64,000 bases of DNA. It comes from Heterostelium pallidum. Lineage: Eukaryota. The position numbers and the translations under genes are program-made. Location of the stretch: assembly GCF_000004825.1 (NCBI RefSeq), contig NW_008805086.1, positions 901,410 to 965,409 of the forward strand, read 5' to 3'. Under the pieces are notes generated by a model that searched no databases, was not told the DNA's origin, and saw only the letters and a list, made by a program, of their open reading frames with translations. Position 1 is the first letter of the stretch. Each line of letters opens with the position of its first letter. Of the stretch, positions 37,921 through 50,617 are shown piece after piece.

Positions 37921-38485
37921 TTATACAAACTTCATGTTGACTTCCCAACGGACAGCAATACCATTTGGATTCCAGGTTACTGGCTTGAGCAAAACGTTAC
38001 GGACTCTTCTGGCTCCTCCAAAGTCAATGTACTTGACAGTGTTACGATCAGTGAGACCAGAATTGTAGGTACCAATAGTGGTCCAAGCGAAACCATCAAG
38101 TGAGACTTGGATTTGGAATGAGGTGACCCATTGATCGTAATCGTAACGACCTTGAATTTGAATACCGTATACATCGAATGGAGTGATGCTGCTTGCCATG
38201 ATCCATTCACCATTGTTATTTATAACACTGGTAGCTGGGCACCAACTATAATCAAAAAAGTTTAATAGAATATTTTAATATGTTTTAAACTTATTTTTTA
38301 CTTATTCATTGAACTTACGCTCTGACTGGTCTATTTAACTTTGAGTTGAAAACTGAATGCTCAGCATTGTAGTCAGTAGTACTAGATAAAATTAAGTAAC
38401 CATTTTGGATACCTGGTAAGGTACCAGCTGGCTGGGAAATAACAGCTCCAATAAGCAAAGCAAGAATAAATATTTGTTTATACAT
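37921..38485 (-). CDS. secreted discoidin-domain (F5/8 type C) protein; exons 38485-38319, 38245-37921
   Basis: Signal peptide MYKQIFILALLIGAVISQ, then ...AEHSVFNSKLNRPVRA|AWCPATSVINNNGEWIMASSITPFDVYGIQIQGRYDYDQWVTSFQIQVSLDGFAWTTIG...VRWEVNMKFV*, which carries discoidin-fold hallmarks (AW..A......EW..V.L......V.GI..QG). One GTAAGT..TTATAG intron, phase 2. Confidence 0.8.
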
Positions 38486-39444
38486 TTTATATAAAGTTAA
38501 TTGATTGAATGATTTTCTAACTTCAACAGTTTAGGTATTTATAGTTTTCAACTTTCTAAAAAAAAAGAACATTAATTTATGTTTTTTTCGAAATATAACC
38601 CATTATACTACAGATAGCAAACCATATCAGACAGTTATTTCTATTTGATTGAATTCGAAGAATATTTCCAAAGACTCCATTATTGGGCAAAAATATTTGC
38701 AGTATCCAACATTTGTCAATATACTTTGAATTAAAAAAGTTTGGACAACAAAACTTTAGATTTATTCAAATATATTGATTGAATTTCACTTCTATTTAGA
38801 ATTTGGTGGGTAATAACATATCATTCATTCAATTTTAATTCTCAACAATAAAAAAAAAAAACTTTAAATTAAAATCGATCAATAAGTCCAGATGAAAAAA
38901 ATTTATTGGGCAACCAGATTATAGTTAAATCAAAACTCACTATTTCCACAAAGATGAAGGTGCTAAAAAAAAAACTGGTGCTGCTTCCTTAAATTAAATA
39001 TCTAATATTAAGAAACAATGTTTTTTCTTTGATTTTGATAACCATAATTTTATGATACAACCCACAACAACTAATTTGCTATATATACTCTCAGATTGTA
39101 TTTTTTGCAAGTGATATGTGATCAGCAAATGAATGCTATAAGTTGATCAACGATTTTACAGGAAACGCTTCCATCAGATTAACTTTAATGTTTCCGCTTA
39201 AAAAAAAAATAAAGGGCAATTTACAAACAATCAATTCCAAAGGGTAAACTCTTTGACTTGATTTTTGTTGATTGAAAAGTAAAATACAATATTAAGTATT
39301 TAATTACTTGAACTCAATCTATCAATCAATCTTTCTTTCGGTTTGATGCAAACATTCAATATTTTGAATAACGATATTTATTTCAAACATCTCTCCTCCC
39401 TCGTTTTTTATTTATTTTATTTTGTTATACTTTGAGTAGTGTAG

Positions 39445-41637
39445 TTAAATTGATTTGCTTGTTGTTGGTGATGTTTGCGATGTTGGTGATGTTATGTTAC
39501 TTTTTACCATCATACTTTGAATTGCAGCTAAAATTTTCTTACGATCACCAATCTTAATGTTCATTTCTCTGAGGTCTTGATCTGTAAGGCTGCCAAGAGT
39601 TTCTGTGGTTATACATTGATTTTCAAAGTCACTAACAATATGAGGTAGTTGGATACTCTTCAACATCAATCTAACACCTTCACAGCGATACTTCTCCATT
39701 CGCAGAGCATTCAGAATTTCAAGCGACTTATCTGCAGCACCACTACAGAATCGCTCGAGAAGCGCATCATCGAAAGTCATGATATCGCATCCCTGAATGT
39801 TGAACCGGTCAAACTCTGCAACAATAGCAGGGGGTGCATTCATTTTCAACAGTAGCCAACTGTAGACATGACGATCGTTCCAATCTTTGATGTAGTTTGG
39901 AATCTGTGAGCACTCGGTCAGCGAATTGGGTGGGAATACCAAGGTAGGGTCTCTGAACACCACATTGATAGGGACGTGTAGATACAGATCTACACAGTTT
40001 GGAATATCAAGTTGCACCCACAATTCATACTCCAATCTTAACATACCCTTACTAAAAGTAGAGGGTATCAAATTGTTTGGTAGCTCAAAAGCCATCGGTT
40101 GACTAATAGTTCCACCAGCACTTTAATATTGATTGGTTCAATAAAATAGAAATTTTGTTAGTTCAGAGAATTTGATTATTATAAGTAACTAGCTATAGCT
40201 TTTCTACTTACTAAACCTTTGAAATGAACTGTTTGGTGGCCGAAGCTATTTTTAAGGGAACAGTTTTCACATCGTTGTGCTCCTCACGTTTTCTCAATGA
40301 AAAATCAACTCTTTTGATTGTCTTTTTACTCTTATTGACAACCCTTACATCCAATTCGATATCTTCACCTGGTGAATAACAGTTCTTTGGTGCTGAAACA
40401 CTTAGCTCTATCGTTCCTCCAGTTAATGGTGATTTTGATGTCTGAAAAAAAAAAAATAATATTATTAAAATTATTTAAAAAAATTATAATAAAGTAGTTA
40501 GATAGTGTCTTACATTTAAACTTATAGGTAATGCCGTTGATTTATAGTTTGTATCTTCGATGTTGACAACTCTGATTGGTTTTACTTTACATTCATCGGG
40601 AAGGTTGACAGTGTCAGCGTAGAAAGTGATACTATACTCGACTTTGTATTCACCGGCTTGAATCGATGACCTACACTCCTTGGGAATATAAAATTGGAAA
40701 GGGAAGAGATGCTTTCCAGTATCGAGTTTAACCTTCTTAAAGTGATTGGCACCACCGTCGAAACTGTGCAGTAGATCACGTGTATCCGATACCATTGTCT
40801 TTACTTTTCTAGCGCCATTCGTTATCTTTCCTTTGAATGTAACAAACAGTGCCCTCACCCACACGGGATTGAGAACGGTGTAGACTACCGACGACTGTAT
40901 TTCCGAGCCGGTCAAGTAGATCTTCTCACTGTAGATCTCGCCCGGCGTAGAGAACTCGACGGTCGTTGCCAAGGGGATGGTGGCGATGTAGCTCGGCTGG
41001 AAGTGCACGGGTGGTGGCATCGTGTCGTAACCGGTACTCACTAGATTGGTCGGAACTGTCGGTACCAAGACCTCCGTGCCATCCAACGATTTCTGTACGA
41101 CGAGCAGTGGTGGAGTGAAGTCAAAGGTAATTCTCAAGAATCCTTTCTTCACTAACGGTAACCAACGATCTCTTTCCGAATTCAAAACGTGTTGTTTAAG
41201 AGTCGCCACTGTCACACTGACCTTTCCAATCGATTTATTCGATCCTATTCTCTCCCAATCAAAAACTTCGAAATCAAGATTATCATTATCTTCAACATTT
41301 TGTCTATTAGATTATTATCAAAATTTATTAGTAACGCAAATCTAAACTCTATCCATGGCAGCAGGTTTGTTCTACTTACAAATCGACAATATAATTCCAA
41401 AGGGGTGTAAGAGTATTCTTTATTACATCTGTTTTATAAGTTGTACTTTTAAATTTCAATACGGTGAACTAAAAGTACAAAGTACATTAAATAAAATCAC
41501 TTTTAGTTTCATCCACAACCATCAACATTGTTTATCTATCTTACCGGATCGGAAGCACCTGCCAGAGTGTTGTTTGCTTTGAGCTCTTTTGCTTCTGCAA
41601 TGACTATTCTTAAATTTCTTGGTTTATTGTTAGCCAT
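39445..41637 (-). CDS. arrestin-domain protein with N-terminal C2 and C-terminal SAM domains (AdcB/AdcC-type); 5 exons 41637-41545, 41468-41380, 41303-40514, 40441-40212, 40120-39445
   Basis: C2 domain: MANNKPRNLRIVIAEAKELKANNTLAGASDP|FTVLKFKSTTYKTDVIKNTLTPLWNYIVDL|QNVEDNDNLDFEVFDWERIGSNKSIGKVSV. Arrestin N/C lobes follow (ORFs 40484-41215 and 40212-40441). SAM domain: SDFENQCITTETLGSLTDQDLREMNIKIGDRKKILAAIQ. Donors are GTAAGA/GTAAGT and phases are consistent. Confidence 0.85.
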
Positions 41638-42019
41638 TATAATTGTAATTGTGATATATTGTTAACAAATAACTAATAACTAATAATTGATATAAAGTGA
41701 TATTAAATCATTCCTATTTAATAAAAAAAGATTCATCTTTTGCAACACTCCGTTTTGAGAACAAGTCACGAAATGGCTGATACCAAACACAAAAAAATTC
41801 CATTTTTATCCACCAGGGATCAATCAAATCAATCCCTAGTCAAACACCGATCTTGATGATTATTAAGATAATCAAAAAATTGATAAAAAAAAAAACAAAT
41901 AAATAAATATAGCAAAAAATAACTATTTATAAAGATTTTTTTTTAATATATATTTATTTTTTAATTTTTAATTTTATTTTATTTGTTGGGAAAAAAAAAA
42001 CTTTACTGTGGATTGATGT

Positions 42020-43057
42020 TTACTTTGAGTCTTTTGGTGCTTGTCTGTAAACTCCAACTACAAGTGCGTGATGACGTTCATATGGATCGAGATTTTTCAA
42101 GAGTTGTTGTGGTTTGAGTTTTTCGGCTTTTAATTTTTCGACTTCTTTGGCTACTACAACATCGGTTGGTGCAGTGGAATCAATACAGTTGGCTTTAATT
42201 GAAATGATAAAGTGACCATCGTTCTTGAGGAAATATGCAGCGTTTTGTGATACAATTTGGGCTTGATTTGGTTGGGCAACATCGGCAAACAATACATCGA
42301 CCATACCGATCAACATTCTATATTTATGTGGGTGACGAGCGTCTTCAATGATTGGGATGACGTTTGTACGCTTCTTGGCCATACCGATTAAGTCACGACC
42401 GGAACGGGCAGACAATTCAACTCCATATACAACACCCTCTGGTCCGACGACGTCAGAGACGTGAGAAACAGTGGTACCTGAAGCAGCACCCAAATATAAT
42501 ACCTTGCAACCTGGACGAATGTAAATATTCTCGATACCACGATGCAAAGCGGCGGCAATCTTGGAACGGAATGGATTCCAGATTCTGTATTCCTTCTTTT
42601 CAGTTCCGACTTCGACAGAGACACGCTTCTCACCGTAGACAGACTCTCCAATGGTTGAGTTGAGAGTGGCGAATGATTCTTCCTTTCCTTGAACCAAGAA
42701 GACACCTTCGTATCTTGGATGCTTCTCGACGACGACCTTGGCTCCTCCACGACCACCGGCGGCTCCTCCACGACCACCACGGGCACCGAGACCTGGACCT
42801 CCACGACCACCACGACCACCGGCACCACCACGACCACGGTCTCCACCGAAACCACCACGACCTCCACGTCCACCACGGTCTCCACCGAAACCTCCACGAC
42901 CTCCACGTCCACCACGGTCTCCACCACCGCCACGACCTCCACCGAAACCACCACGGCCACCACGGTCGCTACCACCACCACGGCCACCACCGAAACCACC
43001 ACGACCACCACCGAAACCTCCACGGCCTCCACCTCTAGATCCACCTCTTCCTTCCAT
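42020..43057 (-). CDS. fibrillarin (rRNA 2'-O-methyltransferase), single exon
   Basis: N-terminal GAR domain (GGRGGFGG repeats), then ...[41 protein letters not shown]...[15 protein letters not shown]...[82 protein letters not shown]. This is near-identical in pattern to human FBL. Confidence 0.95.
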   Translation of the reverse strand: MEGRGGSRGGGRGGFGGGRGGFGGGRGGGSDRGGRGGFGGGRGGGGDRGGRGGRGGFGGDRGGRGGRGGFGGDRGRGGAGGRGGRGGPGLGARGGRGGAAGGRGGAKVVVEKHPRYEGVFLVQGKEESFATLNSTIGESVYGEKRVSVEVGTEKKEYRIWNPFRSKIAAALHRGIENIYIRPGCKVLYLGAASGTTVSHVSDVVGPEGVVYGVELSARSGRDLIGMAKKRTNVIPIIEDARHPHKYRMLIGMVDVLFADVAQPNQAQIVSQNAAYFLKNDGHFIISIKANCIDSTAPTDVVVAKEVEKLKAEKLKPQQLLKNLDPYERHHALVVGVYRQAPKDSK

Positions 43058-44668
43058 TATATTTCTATATTCTTATATTTATATAACTTTTTTAGATTTT
43101 CGATTCTTTTTTTTATATTTGTTTCTGGTTGATTTAAATCTCTTTTTTTTTTTTTTTTTGTGTTTAAAAACGAAAGTAAAAAAAAGAGAGTGATACTATT
43201 GATTAATGATTTTAACTGAAAAAACTGATAAAATGATTGAATCAATATATTATTTTGCTAATGCTACTAGTATAATAAATACACACAAAAACAAAAAAAA
43301 GTAATAAATATAAAGAAATAAAAAGTTGAGAGTCTTATGAAAAAAATAAAACTTTTTTTAAAATTTTTATCAAAACTCGTTCGTTAGTTAATTTTTTGAT
43401 TTTTTCATTATTTTTTTTTCATTTTTCGAAATCATCAAAACAAAAAAACTAATCTGTAACGTTATTCAAATTTACATCTATTTTTATTCGGCGGACCATA
43501 TTTTTATCAACTGATTTCAGTAGTTCTATTTCTAAATTGAAATATAATTATAATCACTTCTTATATCTTTTTATTTTTATTTGTTTTTTTTCTTTATTTA
43601 ATCAAAAAGAAATATATTTTTGATTATGATTATATCATTTATTAATTAATGATTAAAAAAAAACAATAAACAAATAAATCGATATAAATAAATAAGGAAT
43701 TCGAGTTAATTGTACAATGCAAATATATATTTAATGCTAATTTTATTAAAAATAAATTAATTTAATAAAATATTTTTGGATCGGTCATAATAAAAATGGT
43801 CATTGCAAAAAAAACCACACAAATTGGATAATTGTGTGTGTTTGTGTGTGTGGATGGAAAACAACAAAGGAAAATGAATAAAATTAAAGTCAGACAATAT
43901 AATTGTTAATCTTGTTGTGAAATTTATACAGACATAATTATCTAATAAAGTAAACTAATATTGTTGGGTATTTGTATATAATTAAAAAAATTATATTAAA
44001 GAAAAAAAAATATTTGTGTTTGTAGGTATCAAGATGAAATTTAATATTAAACAACAATGACACCACGTCATGGCATGTTGATAGGTAGTAAGATGTTTTG
44101 TGTATTCCTCAAATTAAATAATCGGAGTTATTTTTTTTTTTGATTATCTTCTTTTTTTGATTTTTTTTTCTTTCAAAGTTGTTTAAAATAAATATTTCCA
44201 AATTAATTAATTAAAAATAATAGTCTATCAGTCATAATAAAATATCCAAATTTCCAAATTTAATTTGTGATATCAATCTTATTGTTATCTATCTTATTGT
44301 TTTTCACTTTAATTATTTTAGTTTAAAACTTTACTCTCTTAAGTCATCATTTTGTTGTTGTTTTTTAAAATATATATCATCTTGGAGTTTAATTTAAACC
44401 AAATAGTTATAATAAAAACAAAAAATCATTAAATTTGAGATAATTAAGGAAACAAACTTAATTCATTGGATATCAAATTATCGAATCATTATTCATCAAA
44501 AGTAGTAATTATGATAATTATAAAACTTAAATAATACTATTTATTTCATTCCATTCAACTCTATTTCAAATTTCAACTTTTTTAATTAATTATCTATTAT
44601 TTTTATATTAATTTTATTATTTCATTATTATATTACTATATTAAAATTAATCATAGAAATTTTTAGGT

Positions 44669-46893
44669 TTGATGGAAACATCTGAAGAAACATATTGTCA
44701 TGATATATTACCTTGTTCTGGAACTATAACTGGTGACCTATTTTTACAAGTGGTCTATGCATTTTTATTGGGTGTTGGTTCAAGGTTAATTTCGCTAGGA
44801 AGTGAGTTTTTGTTGGAAGTAGGTTTTGCAATTTGTTTTCATTTTCATTTTGTTTTTGTATTTATTTATTAATGATGATAACAATGAATGTAATTATTAT
44901 TTGTATAATCTAGATTATAGCACCAGGTATCATTGGAGGATTGGTATTACCATTGTTGGGAACATTACCGGATGCAGCAATTATATTTGTCAGTTGTTTG
45001 GGAGGTACACCTGCGGAGATACAACACAAGGTAACTGTTGGTGTCGGTAGTTTGACGGGTGGCAATACATTTTTGATTACCATTCCCTGGGCAATCGCTG
45101 TGTTTAGAGGTCGTTGCGATATCTCACAGGTCACCGGGTTGGCAAAGAATAAGATCTACACCGGGTGGTCTTGGAAGAACAGCGGTGTCTCTGTGATGTC
45201 CTACACACCGGTACTATGTCGTATTATGATCGGTACACTCTTTCCTTACCTAATGATCACCATTGCCTTTATTATCTCTGAGGCACAGGGTTCACAACTC
45301 GAAGAGAAAGAGAAATACTGGGCATTGGCAACCAGTATCCTATGTCTAGTTGGCTTCGTTGCCTACAGTATCTATCAAATGTATGACGTTAGATATCAAG
45401 AGAGAAAGTTAACATTAATTAGAAAGAGATTCCTATGGGATCAAGTAAGTTATAAATAACTATTCTTTTGTTTTTATAGAGTTAACAGAGAGAGAGAGAG
45501 ATACTAATCATTATTTTGTTTTTATCTAGTTTTTGAAACATGTATCTACACAAGTAAAGAACAGTTTGAAAAAGAGAACTTTTGAAAGAAGTTTGAGTGT
45601 TCCATCGGTAAAGAAACATAGATTTGAACATGAAGTGGTTTTAGATAAAACAAAGAGACCTCTTAAAGAGGAGGAGAAATTGGAATTACCACCACCACCA
45701 CCACCAGCACAGAGAAAGGAATTGGATACGAGTAAGATTCTCTCTTCATCCACAACGTCAACCACTACCACCACTACCTCTACTACAGAGACAGCTGCCA
45801 CCAACATTCAATGTATACTTGATAGTAATAACAATAACAATAATATTACTGATCAACAACAGAGACAACAACAACATCAACCACTTGTACAGCAGCAGCA
45901 GCAACCAAAAGACAGCAGATTGCAACAGTTGATCAATGAGAAACCAGGTGAGAAACGAAACATCAACTTTTCATTCCCAAGAAGAATTAAAGACTATTCT
46001 CATCATGTAATTCCACCAACACCAACCTATATACATTTATATCAACATCATCAACAACAGCAACAAACAACTCAGCAACAAACAAATCAACAACAACAGC
46101 AACCATCATCAAAACTCTCACAATCATCAAATATCAACAATGAACAATCAAATAATCTTGGAAAGGTGTTCCAAGGACTACAGAGTAAGATCAACGATCT
46201 CGATGAAGACGACCTTCTGAGACACGTCGATACCTCTCACCAGCAGCAACACCAAGTGGTCGATCTATCAATAGATCCCTACGAGGATGAACCCAAAGAC
46301 AAGATCAACAAACGAAAACTCATATTGAAAGCAGTGTCATCGTTGCTCTTTGGAACTGCTCTCATCTTTTTGTTTGCCGATGCATTCGTCGAAACGATCA
46401 CCCGATTCTCTGGTCGTATAGGAATACAGCCATTCTACATCTCCTTTGTAGTGGCACCGTTCGCACTAAATGCAAGTGAGCTTGTTTCCAGTTGGATTTT
46501 AAGTGGTCACAAAAAGAGAAAACATATCTCTTTAATGTAAGCTATCGCTTTATTCATTCTCATTTAAATGTTGTCTACACACCTCTCAAGATATTCTAAC
46601 GCAAAGTAATTATTTGATCTTCAAATTTTAGTCACTCATCACTTTATGGTGCGGTTGCAATGAATAATCTTGTATCACTCGGTATTTTGTTGTTTATGAT
46701 TTACTATAGAGGTCTGATATGGAACTTCTCTGCAGAAACACTGATCATATTTATAGTGACCATGTTTGTTGGTATACTCGGTGGATTTAGAATTACATTC
46801 AATATGATACATGCTGCCATCGTATTCTCATTGTTCCCACTATCGATCATTTTAATTGCCGTTTTAGAAAGTAGTGAGATTGGATGGAGTTAA
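44669..46893 (+). CDS. polytopic membrane transporter, CaCA (cation/Ca2+ exchanger)-like; exons about 44669-44816, 44914-45444, 45530-46536, 46632-46893
   Basis: Multiple TM helices. Alpha-repeat-like motifs LLGTLPDAAIIFVSCLGG (TM2-3 region) and VAPFALNASELVSSWIL (C-terminal half). Large hydrophilic Q/N-rich central loop. Introns are GTAGGT (or GTGAGT) to ..CTAG, GTAAGT..TCTAG and GTAAGC..TTTTAG. The first junction is ambiguous by 17 nt. Confidence 0.55.
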
Positions 46894-46991
46894 CCATTTA
46901 ATATCAAAAATATATAAATAAATAAATATCATATAAATCATTAATTAACTTATTATACTATTTCTATTTGACTTTAACATATTATGTGTAC

Positions 46992-47031
<40 letters not shown>

Positions 47032-47260
47032 TAAACTCGAGAATGTCTCTTATATTATTCTATTTTTATTTCTTTTTTTTTGTTGAATATTATTAGGGTA
47101 ACCTTACTTATTGATTTATTTATTTTTTTAATGATTATACAAATTATTGTTAAAATATCAACTATTATGTGTTATTTTATATGATTACTATTATTATTAT
47201 TATTATTATATCACAATTATCAAATGAATGGATGGAACTATCTATGTATCTCTCTCTCTC

Positions 47261-48256
47261 TTAATTATCCATCTCTTCGACGTAGTTCGCAGGAAATAGA
47301 CCGGTTCTACCATTTGATGTACCCATCCACCAACCAGATTCGTCATCTTTGGTGATGACAGAGATGATATCACCGACGTAAAACTCGAGATCACCTTCTT
47401 GCTCGGGTATGCAATCCCAGACCGCTCTCACCAGTTTCTTGTTTGGCGGAGGTGGTGGAATTCTCCTTGAGAGTGGTCGCTTGATAAAGTTATTCGATGG
47501 ATGTTCGTCTGTGAATCCAAGCTGTGGTGACATATTGTCTGGCGATGTCAAAGATGCTGTCACTGGTGAAATGGTGCGAATATTGGTTGGTGCTGAGGTG
47601 GTGGGTGTGTTTGGTTTGTTGTTGGGTGGAGGTGGCGGTTGTCTTGATGTATTGTTGCTGCTAATGTTCATAACGGTGGGTGGTGAATGTGCTACGGGCA
47701 CACTCATTCTATTTGGTACAGGTGGAAGAGGATGTGATGGTGGTGTCGGTGTAGACTGAAGTCGTGGTCGAGAACCGCTGCCCGCATTGATAGGCGGACT
47801 GACCGTACTTGACAATCCACTCAGTAGATTGCTACTACTGTTACCACCGCTATTGATGCTATTGTTACGATCTAAACTATTTACTAAACTATGTGTGTTG
47901 CTGTTGTTGCCGCTGCCATGATTGTTGTTGGGTGGCGACGACGATGATATCAATATATTATTACTATTTAAACTACTGTTACTCTGATTGGATGCGCTGT
48001 TTTTGAATACCGGTAACGATACATTTCTTTGGAGTGGTGGTTTGTCTACGCCGGAGCCAGCTAGCGGTGTTGTGTTTGTTCTATTTCCAATACCGCCAGG
48101 ATTACTGGCGGTAGTTCCGCTACTGCCACCTCTTGGTTTCAGATACTTTTTGATATTGTCTGGTATATCATCTGTGAATGGTATTCTACATTTAAAGCAA
48201 TACTTTGCTTCCTTTTCATATTCCGTACTACACTCTGGACAAGTAATCATTCCCAT
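47261..48256 (-). CDS. SH3-domain protein with N-terminal zinc-ribbon-like CxxC...CxxC motif and Pro/Ser-rich middle; single exon
   Basis: C-terminal VRAVWDCIPEQEGDLEFYVGDIISVITKDDESGWWMGTSNGRTGLFPANYVEEM is a canonical SH3 (ALYDY..GDL.F..GD.I....W..G...G..G.FP.NYV). N-terminal CPECSTEYEKEAKYCFKC. PPPPP motifs. Confidence 0.8.
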   Translation of the reverse strand: MGMITCPECSTEYEKEAKYCFKCRIPFTDDIPDNIKKYLKPRGGSSGTTASNPGGIGNRTNTTPLAGSGVDKPPLQRNVSLPVFKNSASNQSNSSLNSNNILISSSSPPNNNHGSGNNSNTHSLVNSLDRNNSINSGGNSSSNLLSGLSSTVSPPINAGSGSRPRLQSTPTPPSHPLPPVPNRMSVPVAHSPPTVMNISSNNTSRQPPPPPNNKPNTPTTSAPTNIRTISPVTASLTSPDNMSPQLGFTDEHPSNNFIKRPLSRRIPPPPPNKKLVRAVWDCIPEQEGDLEFYVGDIISVITKDDESGWWMGTSNGRTGLFPANYVEEMDN

Positions 48257-49032
48257 GATGATCTACCTTCTATCTATATATAAATCTATATTGATGTAAA
48301 AAATACAAATAAAACTAATCTAATAACTAATAATTATATATTTAAATGATTAAAGTATTGCTTTTTCTTTTTTTTTGTTTGTCAAGTACTTTATTATTAT
48401 TATTATTATTAATTATGATTTATATGATTTGTCGATTGAAAAAATAAACAAAATAATCAATTATCTTGAATAAATTAAACAAATTATGTGGGTAATAAAA
48501 TATTTTAATATTTAATTTTTAATTTTTTTTTTTTTCTTAATTCAGTGTGAACAATGTTTGATTTATTTCTTATATTAAGACACTATTTATACTATATGCC
48601 TTTGTTTTCAAGTTATTGTGCATTTTCAGACATTATTTAATTACAAACAAATCTTCAATAGTTAACCATTGACAATGAAAATAATATTATCATCAACTTT
48701 CAAACAAGTTGTGTTATTGTTTTTTTTTTAAATCTTACTCTTCTCAAATATAGATAGATTCAATAAACGATAGATAATAAACAAAACATATAATAAAAAG
48801 AGGACAATCATAAAAGACAATATATATTAAACTCAGGTGATTATCATGAAATCGAAGTGTTGTTTTTTTTTGATTGAAAAATGTGTAACTGTTTCCTGTA
48901 AACTATACTGATTTTAAACCAACTAAACTAAAGTAAATAATGATGATATTGAACGGAATAAGAGGATGATAGAGATTTTTTAAAAGGTCCCCTTTATTAT
49001 GCAACATAAGAGTATTAAAAAAGTTAGAGAGT

Positions 49033-49596
49033 TTATATCTTCATAGCTTCTCCCTTCTTCTTCTTCTCTCCACCGAGCTCGAAACGCTTGCAACGCTTGA
49101 TGACTTGTTGCTTCTTGGCACCGCATGAACACTCCATTCTGAGTACGATCTTCTTGGTGGTCTTAGCCTATATTATCATATCGATAGTGAAACATAACAA
49201 ATGTAAATATGATAGGTTCTGGGCGTGATGTGTAGTAGTAATGTAATGAATCATACCTTCTTGTGGAAAACTGGCTTGGTTTGACCTCCGAAACCTCTTT
49301 GTTTTCTGTCGTAACGTCTCTTACCTTGGGCGAAAAGACTTGGCTTACCAGCCTTGTATTGAGTTACCTTGTGTGGGGTGTGCTTGTTGCACTTGACACA
49401 GAGGGTCTTACGAGCTTTGGGGATATTGACCTATAAGTTGATTGTTCCTGTTAGATTCTGTATTTCATTCATTCAATCTCATCTATTCTATTCTAAATCC
49501 TATTTCTTTCTATCATTCATCCTCTCTCTCTGTTCAGCATTAATAGGTATAGATAGTATTGTAGTATAGTGCTAGATAGATAGTGATAGACAGATA
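49033..49596 (-). CDS. rpl36a: 60S ribosomal protein L36a/L44e (eL42); exons 49596-49594 (ATG only), 49430-49257, 49167-49033
   Basis: M|[58 protein letters not shown]|[44 protein letters not shown] aligns to human RPL36A over its full length. The first exon is the start codon alone (donor GTTGGT, 163-nt intron). The second donor is GTATGA. Confidence 0.85.
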
Positions 49597-50254
49597 CCAA
49601 CCATTTTGAAAGGGGTTCTCGTGATAAAGGTAAAAAGCGATTGAAAGTCACTTATGATAATATGACAAGCATGCTAGCACCTCCACAGAATCCACTCTGG
49701 CAGAGCACACACTATCCTCGCTCGCAGTGGAGAATTTTTTTGCAAAAAAAAAAATAAAAATTAAAAAAATGAAAATTTCAAATCGAAAAAGAAGTTCGAA
49801 CCATCTCCTAAAATTAATAAAGAGAAGATGAGACAGGTCTGATTGAATATGTATTATCAATAAGAATGATTATAATAAATAATAAATCAATTCAATCAAT
49901 TCAAATAATTAAAAATAAATAGAAAGTTAAAGGGAGTTGTTTGAAATTGTATTTTATTTGTTTGCAAAAACAAAAAATAATATTCTTTATGTTGTTTTGT
50001 ATGTCGATATTTGATATCATTTATAAACTAATAAATGTATCATCGGCTCGACTTGACTAGAGTATTTAATGATCATATTTTGATAGATTAAGCTAATTAC
50101 TTCTTTACTTTTTACTTGATGAGTAATTTGTTGTTGGTACTAAAAATCTGTGATCGATATCCAATAATAATTATTATTATTAATCTCTACCACTACTAAT
50201 TATTCCTTTTACTATTCATTTCAATTTCAATTGAAATAGGGTTATTGAATTCGT

Positions 50255-50617
50255 TCAATATCTTCTAATGTTATTTTGATTCAATCTTTGATCTATATAT
50301 AACTGACGATTACCATTGTTATTATTATTACTGTTACTATGAGTGTTGTTGTTGTTATTGTTTTGATAGTGTGTGAATGTTTGATGTTGTTTCTTTTCGA
50401 ATATCCATGCGTCGTTATCCAACTCTCTGACCTTCTTCTTTAGATTTTTAACTATTTCATCATCAAGTTCATCGGTCAGCTGTTGAATGGCACTATCTAG
50501 AACCAACAATTCTTTCTGTCTACATAATCGTTCAAATTGAAGATCTAACAAATATATAAATTAGTAACAAAAAAAAAACGACATCTTTCTTTTTTACATA
50601 CCATCTTGTTCTGACAT
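50255..50617 (-). CDS. small (about 101 aa) coiled-coil protein of unknown function; exons 50617-50602, 50544-50255
   Basis: MSEQD|DLQFERLCRQKELLVLDSAIQQLTDELDDEIVKNLKKKVRELDNDAWIFEKK... followed by an N-rich tail. GTATGT..TTGTTAG intron, phase 1. Confidence 0.45.

Noticed and set aside
42388-43193. ORFs antisense to or frame-shifted within fibrillarin (42388-43044, 42673-43038, 42689-43132, 42738-43193)
   Set aside because: They are products of the GGRGG (GAR) repeat region, which is open in all frames. The PRPP and HHDH repeats they give are artefacts.
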